From: Christensenella sp.
GTDB lineage: Bacteria > Bacillota > Clostridia > Christensenellales > UBA3700
Length of the DNA stretch: 64,000 bases
Direction: 5' to 3'
Assembly: GCA_022784465.1 (NCBI GenBank)
Contig: JALFUR010000011.1
Span: 27,230 to 91,229 of the forward strand
Shown: positions 12,287 to 20,751 of the stretch, piece after piece
How the letters are laid out: every line of letters begins with the position of its first letter
How positions within the stretch are numbered: position 1 is the first letter of the stretch
Position numbers and translations under genes: made by a program
Notes under the pieces: generated by a model
Database searches by the model: none
What the model was told of the DNA's origin: nothing
What the model saw: only the letters and a program-made list of their open reading frames with translations

Positions 12287-13481
12287 GAATAAAGAGGATT
12301 TTATAGAAGCGGTACAGGCAGTAAGCCGAGGGTTAAATATTTCTCCTGCACTTGTCGAAAAAGATTATTACGTTACGTTGGTATTAAAACGACTTAACGA
12401 AGAACTTTCCGGACTTATTTTTAAGGGTGGTACTTCGCTTTCCAAATGTCATAAGGCTATCAACAGGTTTTCGGAAGATATAGACTTAACGCTTGACAGC
12501 GAACACCTTACGGAAGGGCAAAGAAAGATAGTTAAACCGACGATTGTAAAAATCTGCGAAGAACTCGGACTGACAATTAACAACCTTGAAAACACGCGAA
12601 GCAGAAGGGATTATAACTGCTATCAGATAAGTTATCCGCTTTTGTTTGAGAACGATGAGATTGATCCTATCATCAAGGCTGAAACGGTATTTATACAGGA
12701 ATGTTATCCGGATGAAGTGAAACAGGCGGATTCTCTTATCGGAGAATGGTTGAAAACGAACGGTTTTACAAAACAAGCGGAAGAATACGGGCTTCTTTCT
12801 TTCGATATTCACGTCCAAACAATGGAAAGGACGCTTGTAGACAAAGTGTTTGCATTGTGCGATTATATGCTTTTAGGCGATATGCAAAAACATTCACGCC
12901 ATATTTATGACATATACCAATTGCTTGGAAGAGTGGAATTAAACGATGAGTTCCGCACACTTGTACATAGAGTTAGAGAGGATCGGAAATATCACTCGCT
13001 ATGTGTATCGGCGCAGAATAATGCAGATATTCCTACTTTGCTCGAACAAGTGATAGAAACTGAGTGTTATAAAAAAGACTATGAAGAACATACGCGTACG
13101 ATGTTGTATTCGCCTTGCAATTATGAAGAAGCAATTATAGGACTAAAAAAAATAATTGACAGTGGAGTGTTCGGAAAAGATGAGGAATACGAAAAAAATA
13201 CGATACATATATCCATTTCTTCAGCGTATAAAATTGCCAGTTATAGGGAATTCAAAATTTTTGCAATGCCGAAGGAGACTAATTACGGAGATTATATATA
13301 TAAGATTCCGAATAAGTTTGTTAGCATTGACCGACGCGACAAAGCGATTGTATTTCATTTACCGAAAGAGTATATAGTTAGACTGGAAAATGGCAGGACA
13401 AATCAAATTGCTGAATTAACAGTAATGAATTTTGTCTCCGAGATAGCAGGAAAACATGAAACACATATAGTTATAGAATAG
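12273..13481 (+). CDS. AbiEii-family nucleotidyltransferase toxin with about 100-aa C-terminal extension
   Basis: VEKDYYV, IFKGGTSLSK, RFSEDIDL, ERTLVDK, RHIYD motifs. Confidence 0.88.
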   Translation: MNLHKNKEDFIEAVQAVSRGLNISPALVEKDYYVTLVLKRLNEELSGLIFKGGTSLSKCHKAINRFSEDIDLTLDSEHLTEGQRKIVKPTIVKICEELGLTINNLENTRSRRDYNCYQISYPLLFENDEIDPIIKAETVFIQECYPDEVKQADSLIGEWLKTNGFTKQAEEYGLLSFDIHVQTMERTLVDKVFALCDYMLLGDMQKHSRHIYDIYQLLGRVELNDEFRTLVHRVREDRKYHSLCVSAQNNADIPTLLEQVIETECYKKDYEEHTRTMLYSPCNYEEAIIGLKKIIDSGVFGKDEEYEKNTIHISISSAYKIASYREFKIFAMPKETNYGDYIYKIPNKFVSIDRRDKAIVFHLPKEYIVRLENGRTNQIAELTVMNFVSEIAGKHETHIVIE

Positions 13482-13606
13482 TTTATCCGAGGCAAACTAC
13501 AAAAATGGGAATATTCTTAAAAAGTGAAGTCATGTTTCAATTGAAACTACTGAATTGACTGTGGATAATAGTTCTTAAATGGTGTGATAATTCTAAAAAT
13601 GAATAT

Positions 13607-13693
13607 CAACATATATCTTAAGCAAATAAACAAATTATATATAAGGTGCTACTTAGTGTTTAGTTATATAAGCAGCACCTTTTTTATTGTATA
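13607..13693. repeat. 87-bp direct repeat copy 2
   Basis: Encodes TYILSK* like the GH30 C-terminus and carries the same terminator; 4 mismatches to copy 1. Confidence 0.92.
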
Positions 13694-13711
13694 GGTGAAT
13701 TATCATATTAA

Positions 13712-14262
13712 GTGCAACACATTAGTACATTAAAAACGGAATAAAAAAAGAAGATTACGAGTTAGTATATAAGAATTGGACAAGCAATCCAAAAGTTTCT
13801 CGATATGTAGAGTGGAATGTACATAAGTCAATTGATGACACAAAAGCATATATAGAAAATAAAGCAAATAGGTATGAAAATGATGAGTTTTATTTTGATT
13901 GGATTGTTGTTTTAAAAGAAATAATGGAGCCAATTGGAGAAATAGAAGCAGTTAAAGTTTCCGAGGCTCACGATTTAGTTGAGATGGGAGATTGCTATGG
14001 GAGTAGATTTTGGAATAAAGGATACGCAACAGAAGCATTAAAAGCTTTCATGAAGTATATGTTTAATGAAGTAGAAGCTGGTATGATTATTGCTTGTCAC
14101 ATATCAACAAATCCAGCATCAGGAAGAGTAATGCAAAAAGCTGGAATGAAATATGATGCTACATTAAAAAAATATTTCGTAGATAAGAATTCAGGAAAAA
14201 GAGCAGATAAAGTTTGCTATTCAATAAGTAGAGAAGAATACTTTCAAAAGTCAAGAGTATAA
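13712..14262 (+). pseudogene. RimJ/RimL-type GNAT acetyltransferase with disrupted 5' end
   Basis: GTG-QHISTLKTE* in one frame; YKNWTSNPKVSRYVEW...FWNKGYATEAL...NPASGRVMQKAGM open in another frame from 13726 with no start codon. Confidence 0.75.
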
Positions 14263-14381
14263 TATTTGATTTAATTCTAGATTATCCATATCATATAATC
14301 CTGTATGAAATAATTTTTATATCCATTTTTGCATATATGACAAGCATTGTCGCTTTACTATGATATAATTAAACCAAGTTG

Positions 14382-14485
14382 TTACGGAAAAAGTTGACAA
14401 ATTGCGATTTTCCGCAATAATATACAATTTTCCATTGACTTTTTATCTTAACCATAATATACTTATTACGGAAAAAGTTGACAAA
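14382..14485 (+). promoter_or_regulatory. Promoter flanked by two 20-bp direct repeats
   Basis: TTACGGAAAAAGTTGACAAA at 14382-14401 and 14466-14485; TTGACT-17-TATACT at 14435-14463. Confidence 0.7.
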
Positions 14486-14514
14486 ACTAATTTTACTGAA
14501 ACAAGAAGTGCGTT

Positions 14515-15813
14515 ATGGAAGAATTAATTATAAAACGTGATTTATATTTAAATAAACTTATTCGCAAGAAAAATAATGGTAGTATAAAAATTATTACCGG
14601 ACTTCGTCGTTCGGGTAAAAGTTATTTACTAAACAATCTATATTATGATTATCTTCTTAGTGAAGGCGTTAAAAAAGAGCAAATTATTAAACTTTCCCTT
14701 GATGATGACCGCAATAGGGAATATAGAAATCCTGATAATCTTTCTAAGTTCCTTTACTCTAAAATAACTAGTGAAACTGAAAAGTTTTATTTTCTTTTAG
14801 ATGAAGTGCAATTTGCTATTTCTGATGAAGAAATAAAATCAAAAGAGCCAATTCGTCTTTACGGGATTTTAAACGGCTTATTAATATTAAAAAACGTTGA
14901 CGTTTACGTTACAGGTAGTAATTCTAAGTTCTTATCTTCTGACATCGCTACAGAATTTCGTGGTCGTGGCGATATTATACATGTAAATCCTTTATCTTTC
15001 GCCGAATTTTATTCTGCTTATAAAAACGGTGATAAATACGACGCTTGGGATGAATATTCTACCTATGGTGGTATGCCTATGCTTTTGGGATTAGAAACCG
15101 ATGAAGAAAAAGCGGAATATTTAAACAACCTTTTCAAGAATACCTATATAAGAGATATTATAGAAAGAAACAACTTACGTGGCGACGTTACTATTGATGC
15201 TTTGGTTGACGTTTTAGCTTCTTCTGTTGGCTCACTTAACAACCCAACTAAAATAGCAAAAACCTTTGCCTCTAACGGCATTAAAACTGTTGATAAAACT
15301 ATTTCTACCTACGTTGATTATCTTTTAGACGCTTTCTTGATTCGTAAAGCAACTAGATATGATATTAAAGGCAGAAAATATATCAACTCGCCATTTAAGT
15401 ATTATTTTAGCGACGTTGGGCTTCGTAATGCAAGACTTAATTTCCGTCAACAAGAACAAACCCATATAATGGAAAACATAATCTACAACGAACTCGTTAT
15501 GCGTGGTTATAACGTTGACGTTGGTATTATAGAACACGTTGTTAGAGATGAAGAAGGCAAGCGCACTACCAAGCATTTAGAAGTTGACTTTGTATGCAAT
15601 AAAGGAAATCAACGCTATTATATTCAATCTGCCTTTTCTATTCCTAACACCGAAAAGATGGAACAAGAACAAGCATCGCTTGACCGTATAGGCGACTCGT
15701 TTAAGAAAATTATTATTACCCAAGATAGAACTAAACTTTGGAGAAATGAAAAAGGCTACGTTATTATGAACGTTTTAGACTTCCTTCTTAAAGAAAATAG
15801 TCTTGAATTATAA
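14515..15813 (+). CDS. AAA_14 ATPase with DUF4143/PD-(D/E)XK-like C-terminus
   Basis: Walker A GLRRSGKS, Walker B LLDEVQ, VTGSNS, YFSDVGLRN, EVDFV...YYIQSA. Confidence 0.88.
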   Translation: MEELIIKRDLYLNKLIRKKNNGSIKIITGLRRSGKSYLLNNLYYDYLLSEGVKKEQIIKLSLDDDRNREYRNPDNLSKFLYSKITSETEKFYFLLDEVQFAISDEEIKSKEPIRLYGILNGLLILKNVDVYVTGSNSKFLSSDIATEFRGRGDIIHVNPLSFAEFYSAYKNGDKYDAWDEYSTYGGMPMLLGLETDEEKAEYLNNLFKNTYIRDIIERNNLRGDVTIDALVDVLASSVGSLNNPTKIAKTFASNGIKTVDKTISTYVDYLLDAFLIRKATRYDIKGRKYINSPFKYYFSDVGLRNARLNFRQQEQTHIMENIIYNELVMRGYNVDVGIIEHVVRDEEGKRTTKHLEVDFVCNKGNQRYYIQSAFSIPNTEKMEQEQASLDRIGDSFKKIIITQDRTKLWRNEKGYVIMNVLDFLLKENSLEL

Positions 15814-15881
15814 AAGTGGGCTTCCCACTTGTTTAGAAGTCGAAATTGCAATTTGGTGCAATTTCCTTAACCTCCGTATAA

Positions 15882-16460
15882 TTAGGCTTTAAAATTCTCT
15901 TTGATAAGTTTCTCAAATTCTTCCGCCGAACGAATATATTCCGTTTTCCCGTTTACTTTACGGGTAAAAATCCAGTCGCGGTTTATCTTTCGATTGATTT
16001 CCTTGGTTTGTAAAATACCGTTTATAATAAACTCGTAGAAATAGTAACCATCTTCTGCCCAATCGCTTTGTGTTTTGTTGAGCGTAGCAATAATACTTCT
16101 ATCCGTAATTTTATCAAACACGACTATAGGCGAGCTTTTAAAATACCGTTCTAACGCCCGTTTCATCATTTTATCGCCATCGTAAATATCAAAAATATAC
16201 TGCGCCACAGCGTTCGTCGCATACACGATATCGTCCATTTTAATATCGATGAGAAATATCGTCAATTTGCTTGCGAAATGCACGACCTGCAAGCACTTAC
16301 GTCTATCAAAATAAAACAATTTGCAACCCCATTCGTATAAACGGTTGCCTCTTTCCTTATTCGCAATCATTCTAACTATATCGCCCGTTTCCGATTGAAA
16401 ATTTTCGGGTGTATTTAATTTGTACCGTTCTAACGTTTGTTGAGTCGCATAATAAATCAT
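15882..16460 (-). CDS. DUF6933-like hypothetical protein, third gene of hipBA operon
   Basis: ATG after GGAGG; W...FDRRKCLQVVH pattern recalled from DUF6933; 27 bp downstream of hipA stop. Confidence 0.55.
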   Translation of the reverse strand: MIYYATQQTLERYKLNTPENFQSETGDIVRMIANKERGNRLYEWGCKLFYFDRRKCLQVVHFASKLTIFLIDIKMDDIVYATNAVAQYIFDIYDGDKMMKRALERYFKSSPIVVFDKITDRSIIATLNKTQSDWAEDGYYFYEFIINGILQTKEINRKINRDWIFTRKVNGKTEYIRSAEEFEKLIKENFKA

Positions 16461-16487
16461 AATTCCTCCACACACATAATATAACCT

Positions 16488-17735
16488 TTATAGCCTTGTC
16501 ATAAATGCAGGTCGCATATCCTCAATCGAACTTTTCGATATTCCGTATTGCTTTGCTATCTTTTCCCAATTATCACTAACCAATTTTATAGCGTCATTAA
16601 TATAAATTTTCGCCTTTTGGTTAGAAACACCATAGTACTTTGCCGTATCCAACGCTAAATTCAAATCAATACGGCTATCGTTCTCTGTAACATTCAATGA
16701 TAAAAATTCCCCTTTCGATACAGGGTTAACGTCGTAAAGCGGAGACAGTCTCCAACCGTTATCATCTAAGATAAACCCGTGATTTCTCAAATGGTCGTCC
16801 GTGTTAGATACAAGCATATTGAACACTATACGTTTCCAAAGCTCCAACAAGTCTTCCGTCGGATTTGCACCGTGTGCACGAATAAACGAAGCCAAATCTA
16901 AATAACTGGATTCGGAAGATTCCCCGTCCTCTTTTCCAAGCATTGTCATCGCTGAAGCGAAATGAATACGTTTGTCTTTTACTCTATCAAATCTCTTAAC
17001 CAAGAAGGTATCTCCATAATTGGAAAATTTTTCAATTCTTGATTCAGGTACGTTTAACCATAACATTTTAGCCAAGTCGTGCACCACTTTTTCCCAACCA
17101 GCGATATTATAGGTATCGCGCTTTGAAGGGAATTTAGCAATCCACAACGAACCGTCTACATCAACAACGGACGCTTTCGGTCTTGCACCGCCCAACGAAG
17201 AACCGGGACCAATCAGTTGATTTAACCACTTTTTATCAAGTGTGGTTTCGTCTTCTTCAAAACTACGAACCGCTTCTTCAAGCGTTCTTAAACTTGTCCA
17301 AGGTGGCGCAGCCATCGTCTTATCATTTGATAAAAAGTCCCCACTATCATCCGTCTTAAAACGAAGCGCTCCCATTCTCGACTGGTCATAAACGCCCAAT
17401 AAATAATCGCTTTGCGTTAATTTTCTCGGCTTTCTATCCTCTTCCTTGGCAAGAATACTTTCCCGTCTATCCATCAATAAACGCCCCCATCTGTCAGGCG
17501 AAGAATCGCTAAATACCCCGAACATTTCTTTACCTACGGGTGCATATTGCCGACCATTGTATAACATTAAATCGGGATCCAACAAGCGTGCATCAAAAGT
17601 ATTTTCCAACCAAGAATCCTCATAAGTAAAGGAAAACACTTCTTTACCTTTAATAAAATCCACATATAATTTCCCGATTTTATTCGGTTGGTCACTTTTC
17701 CAATTTTCATATACATAAATCGTTTTCGACATCAT
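16488..17735 (-). CDS. hipA: HipA-family Ser/Thr kinase toxin (N-terminal couple_hipA domain fused)
   Basis: GSSLGGARPK, AKFP, NTDDHLRNHGF, LSPLYD. Confidence 0.92.
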   Translation of the reverse strand: MMSKTIYVYENWKSDQPNKIGKLYVDFIKGKEVFSFTYEDSWLENTFDARLLDPDLMLYNGRQYAPVGKEMFGVFSDSSPDRWGRLLMDRRESILAKEEDRKPRKLTQSDYLLGVYDQSRMGALRFKTDDSGDFLSNDKTMAAPPWTSLRTLEEAVRSFEEDETTLDKKWLNQLIGPGSSLGGARPKASVVDVDGSLWIAKFPSKRDTYNIAGWEKVVHDLAKMLWLNVPESRIEKFSNYGDTFLVKRFDRVKDKRIHFASAMTMLGKEDGESSESSYLDLASFIRAHGANPTEDLLELWKRIVFNMLVSNTDDHLRNHGFILDDNGWRLSPLYDVNPVSKGEFLSLNVTENDSRIDLNLALDTAKYYGVSNQKAKIYINDAIKLVSDNWEKIAKQYGISKSSIEDMRPAFMTRL

Positions 17736-18058
17736 TAAACCCCTTTGCGTTTTCTGCCTCTTCCTCTTGTAGGCAGTTCAAGGTCTTGGAGTTTTCTCCC
17801 CAACTCGTCGTCCTTAGCTATAAGCAATAAATCCTTATCTAAATCATTTAACGCGTGAAGGACCGCAGCGTAAGAGCCCATTGATACGGACGGTTTCCCC
17901 TTTTCAATTGCTATAACGGTAGCTCTACTCAGTCCTGCTCGTTGCGCCACTAACTCTGCCGTCAAGTGGCGACGTAATCTTGCAAGTTTAATTTGTTCCC
18001 CCATGGTAGAAAGAATTTCTTGTGTTTTGGGTAAAATAATTGTTTCTTGTTTCGGCAT
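17735..18058 (-). CDS. HipB-like XRE HTH antitoxin
   Basis: IKLARLRRHLTAELVAQRAGLSRATVIAIEKG HTH; stop overlaps hipA start. Confidence 0.85.
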   Translation of the reverse strand: MPKQETIILPKTQEILSTMGEQIKLARLRRHLTAELVAQRAGLSRATVIAIEKGKPSVSMGSYAAVLHALNDLDKDLLLIAKDDELGRKLQDLELPTRGRGRKRKGV

Positions 18059-18310
18059 AGCACACCTCCCATATAACTATATTTTACACACTATTGCCTT
18101 GTTTGTAAATTTTTATTGACATTATATTTAAAATTTTAAGTACTGAATACGGTTTTATTTTACAAAAACCTTTACTTTTAAAAGCCGATTTCAACCTAAA
18201 AAGTAAAGATTTTGCACAAATATTTTTTCATAAAAATAAGTAAAAAATAATACTTTTCACGCAAAAAATAAGCTTTACAAATATTTTACATAATTTCATA
18301 AAGATTGATA

Positions 18311-18340
18311 TTGCAATTTCAAAATGAAATAATATATAAT
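18311..18340 (+). promoter_or_regulatory. Promoter with palindromic operator for XRE gene
   Basis: TTGCAA 18311-16, TATAAT 18335-40, ATTTCA-AAA-TGAAAT 18316-18330; same palindrome recurs at 19834-19850. Confidence 0.65.
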
Positions 18341-18376
18341 CAAATTGCGAAAAGCTTTGAAGGAGGTAACATCTAT

Positions 18377-18685
18377 ATGAATACATTTGCAGAAAGTGTT
18401 AGGAAAATGATGGAAGAAAAGAAGCTTACACAAAAGGATTTATCTAGATTAAGTGGAGTGTCAGAACCATCTTTATGTAGATATTTAAATGGGGCAATCA
18501 ATCCAAGAATGGATATAGTTATTAATGTTGCTAAAGCGCTTGGAACTACACCTAACTATTTATTGGGTAAAGAAGAAGATAAAAAGACTGATGATTTTGA
18601 GTCCGTAAAAGTTTTAGTAGCTCGCAATAGAAAGATTTTTACAGAAGAACAAAAAGCGGAAATAATAAAAATGCTTTTTAAATAG
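18377..18685 (+). CDS. XRE-family HTH repressor (ImmR/cI-like)
   Basis: LTQKDLSRLSGVSEPSLCRYLNG..PRMDIVINVAKALGTTPNYLLG; SD AGGAGG. Confidence 0.9.
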   Translation: MNTFAESVRKMMEEKKLTQKDLSRLSGVSEPSLCRYLNGAINPRMDIVINVAKALGTTPNYLLGKEEDKKTDDFESVKVLVARNRKIFTEEQKAEIIKMLFK

Positions 18686-18693
18686 GAGAGAAA

Positions 18694-19317
18694 TTGTACG
18701 GATTTGCAAGACTAAAATCAAAGGATTATAACGAAATGGAGGTTCTTGCATTAGAAGTAAGAACTGATTATGAATTGTTTGATGATTATGTTGATGTTTT
18801 TGAATTCGTACAGGAAAAACTAAATACAACTTTAATAAAGTATTCTTCTTTGGATAAAGAAAAATATGAGGCGGCATTCTCTTTTTCAGAGGACGGCTTC
18901 ACTATCTTTGAAAAATATTTAAATGGAATAATAGTGCCATATATATTTTATAATGATATGGTTCCATATTCTTATGAAACTATAGGAATTAGAGAGGGTA
19001 TAAAAATCATAAAAGGAAAAAATGGATTACATGATTTGCCTGTAGAGTCTAACTTGAGTAATGCATATATAAAATTAGGTAAAGATGGTAACTTTAATAT
19101 GATGAGAATTTATAATAGTAAGCATTATATTGAAAAAGAAATAGCATTTCATCCCGAAAGAAAATTGGATAAATCTAGAAAGCGTATTTTGCATATTCAT
19201 GAATACGATGGAAAAGGAAATTTTAATAATCGAACAACATGATTATTAACAGAATCAGAATATAATAATTATAAAAAGTATTTTGGAGGTGAATTAAGAT
19301 GGAAGGTGGAACAATAA
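18694..19317 (+). pseudogene. Chimeric gene: ImmA/IrrE-like N-terminus fused to toxin-like C-terminus, premature TGA at 19240
   Basis: First about 90 aa end at IFYND, where an HEXXH motif would follow; rest has HPE...LHIHEY; frame continues past TGA as LLTESEYNNYKKYFGG to TAA 19317. Confidence 0.6.
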
Positions 19318-19586
19318 AGGATTTTATGTATTGTTTTTCATTTGAAGACATATATTTTGTTTTTAGAGGAAAAAGATATTTCACAACAGGAGTAGAAGGA
19401 TATGGAGAAGGCAATTATAGAGTATACGGGTGTGAATTAGATGACGAAGGTAATGGAGTTTTAGATATTATTGATGTGGAATGTACTTCAATTCAAAAAT
19501 GTATTGAGTTGTTTGAAAATCTTCCATTATGGGGAGAAGGTAAAACGATTTATGATGTAGAATCAGAAATTACATGGATTGATTAA
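19299..19586 (+). CDS. Small acidic immunity-like protein
   Basis: 95 aa, acidic, F.F.GKRYF and PLWGEGKTIYDVESEITWID tail; SD GGAGGT inside the upstream toxin-like ORF. Confidence 0.5.
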   Translation: MEGGTIKDFMYCFSFEDIYFVFRGKRYFTTGVEGYGEGNYRVYGCELDDEGNGVLDIIDVECTSIQKCIELFENLPLWGEGKTIYDVESEITWID

Positions 19587-19611
19587 TATAAAGAGAACCT
19601 TAGTTTATTCG

Positions 19612-19758
19612 TGTACGTCAAAAAAATCTATATGGGTTGAATTCTATAAATAACGATTAATCACGGATAAGTAGCTATTCAAAATACCATAATTCTATGT
19701 GCAACACATTTATAGTATATTTTTTTATTTTAGTGGGTGTTATTTTTTTTGACGTACA
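19612..19758. mobile_element. MITE-like element, 147 bp
   Basis: Perfect 15-bp terminal inverted repeats TGTACGTCAAAAAAA / TTTTTTTGACGTACA; no ORF; no clear target duplication. Confidence 0.6.
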
Positions 19759-19890
19759 ATAATTCTTCCAGTGATTTTAATGATTATAACATTAAGAACT
19801 AATATTTGTAGAATTTCTAAATTATGTATTTATAATTTCAAAATGAAATTAATACAATATAGATGAAGCTCAAAAAGGATGTCTATTAAT

Positions 19891-20040
19891 ATGAAAACAT
19901 TTGCAGAAAATGTTAGGGAATTGATAGAGAAAAAGAAGCTTTCGCAAAAAGGCCTATCAAAAATTAGTGGCGTATCTGAACCTTCATTATGTAGATATTT
20001 AAAAGAGGATGGCCCAAATCCAAGAAGATTCTTTTTATGA
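19891..20040 (+). pseudogene. Truncated paralogue of the 18377 XRE repressor (not in ORF track)
   Basis: MKTFAENVRELIEKKKLSQKGLSKISGVSEPSLCRYLK vs MNTFAESVRKMMEEKKLTQKDLSRLSGVSEPSLCRYLN; same upstream palindrome. Confidence 0.85.
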
Positions 20041-20116
20041 ATCCAAATCATCCTGACAAAGCAACATTGAAATATTTGTTGAATAATTTAGAGGAAGCGT
20101 TAAAAGGAGATTAGTT

Positions 20117-20464
20117 ATGAAAGAAAGAGAATTAAATGAGTTATTATTAGAAAAATTTCCAGAGATTAAGAAGAGTTTTGATGCCTATACGGAATGGCAA
20201 GATGGAATTGATACAGGATCATTTTTAGTAGTAGAAGATGTGCTAATGGAATATATAAAAAAAGTATTATGCAAAAAAGATTATAAAAAAATAGCATATT
20301 TTTGTGAGACTATAGAAGAAATATATGCGAAAAATGATGAGTATGCTACAAATGTAATAGTAGTTGGGATCCTTGAAAACCTAAAGTGCAGTGAATATGC
20401 AGATTTAATTGTTGATTATCTATTACCTAGGACCAGAAAAGAATTTGATGAAATAGAAGTTTGA
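20117..20464 (+). CDS. DUF7674-like putative immunity protein
   Basis: LLEKFPE...WQDGIDTG...NDEYATNVIVVGILE pattern; preceded by orphan gene tail ending TAG 20114. Confidence 0.5.
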   Translation: MKERELNELLLEKFPEIKKSFDAYTEWQDGIDTGSFLVVEDVLMEYIKKVLCKKDYKKIAYFCETIEEIYAKNDEYATNVIVVGILENLKCSEYADLIVDYLLPRTRKEFDEIEV

Positions 20465-20536
20465 TAAAATATTTGTGTTAATTATTGCATTCGTTATATG
20501 ATCCCCAAGAAGCAATAACAATTCTAATCAGGTGGG

Positions 20537-20632
20537 ATGGTCAATATACAAAAAGTTAAACATAAAGGCAGTTGCTGTGATTGTTGTAGTCAATGTAGCC
20601 ACTGTAGTGAGTGTGAAAAAAATAAAACATAA
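20537..20632 (+). CDS. 31-aa Cys-rich small ORF, probably a remnant of a FeoB-associated Cys-rich membrane protein
   Basis: MVNIQKVKHKGSCCDCCSQCSHCSECEKNKT; hydrophobic IFVLIIAFVI* upstream in another frame. Confidence 0.4.
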   Translation: MVNIQKVKHKGSCCDCCSQCSHCSECEKNKT

Positions 20633-20668
20633 ACAAACATATTAATTTAAACTCTTTACCATTTTTTT

Positions 20669-20721
20669 GGAGTTGTTATAAATCGAGATTATTATTAGGA
20701 TTTTAGCAGCTCCTTTTTTTT
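20669..20721 (+). terminator. Intrinsic terminator
   Basis: GGAGTTG...CAGCTCC followed by T8. Confidence 0.55.
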
Positions 20722-20751
20722 GTGGTAATATATATAGTAAGAGGTGCAAAA

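Noticed and set aside
13560-13568. Perfect DnaA box TGTGGATAA
   Set aside because: Isolated single 9-mer in degraded island sequence; no cluster
18170-18208. Inverted repeat CTTTACTTTT...AAAAGTAAAG between hipB and XRE promoters
   Set aside because: AT-rich 10-mer; may be an operator but cannot be told from chance
19240-19242. In-frame TGA as evidence of an alternative genetic code or selenocysteine
   Set aside because: TGA serves as a normal stop elsewhere (csoR, iorB); a simple nonsense mutation is sufficient
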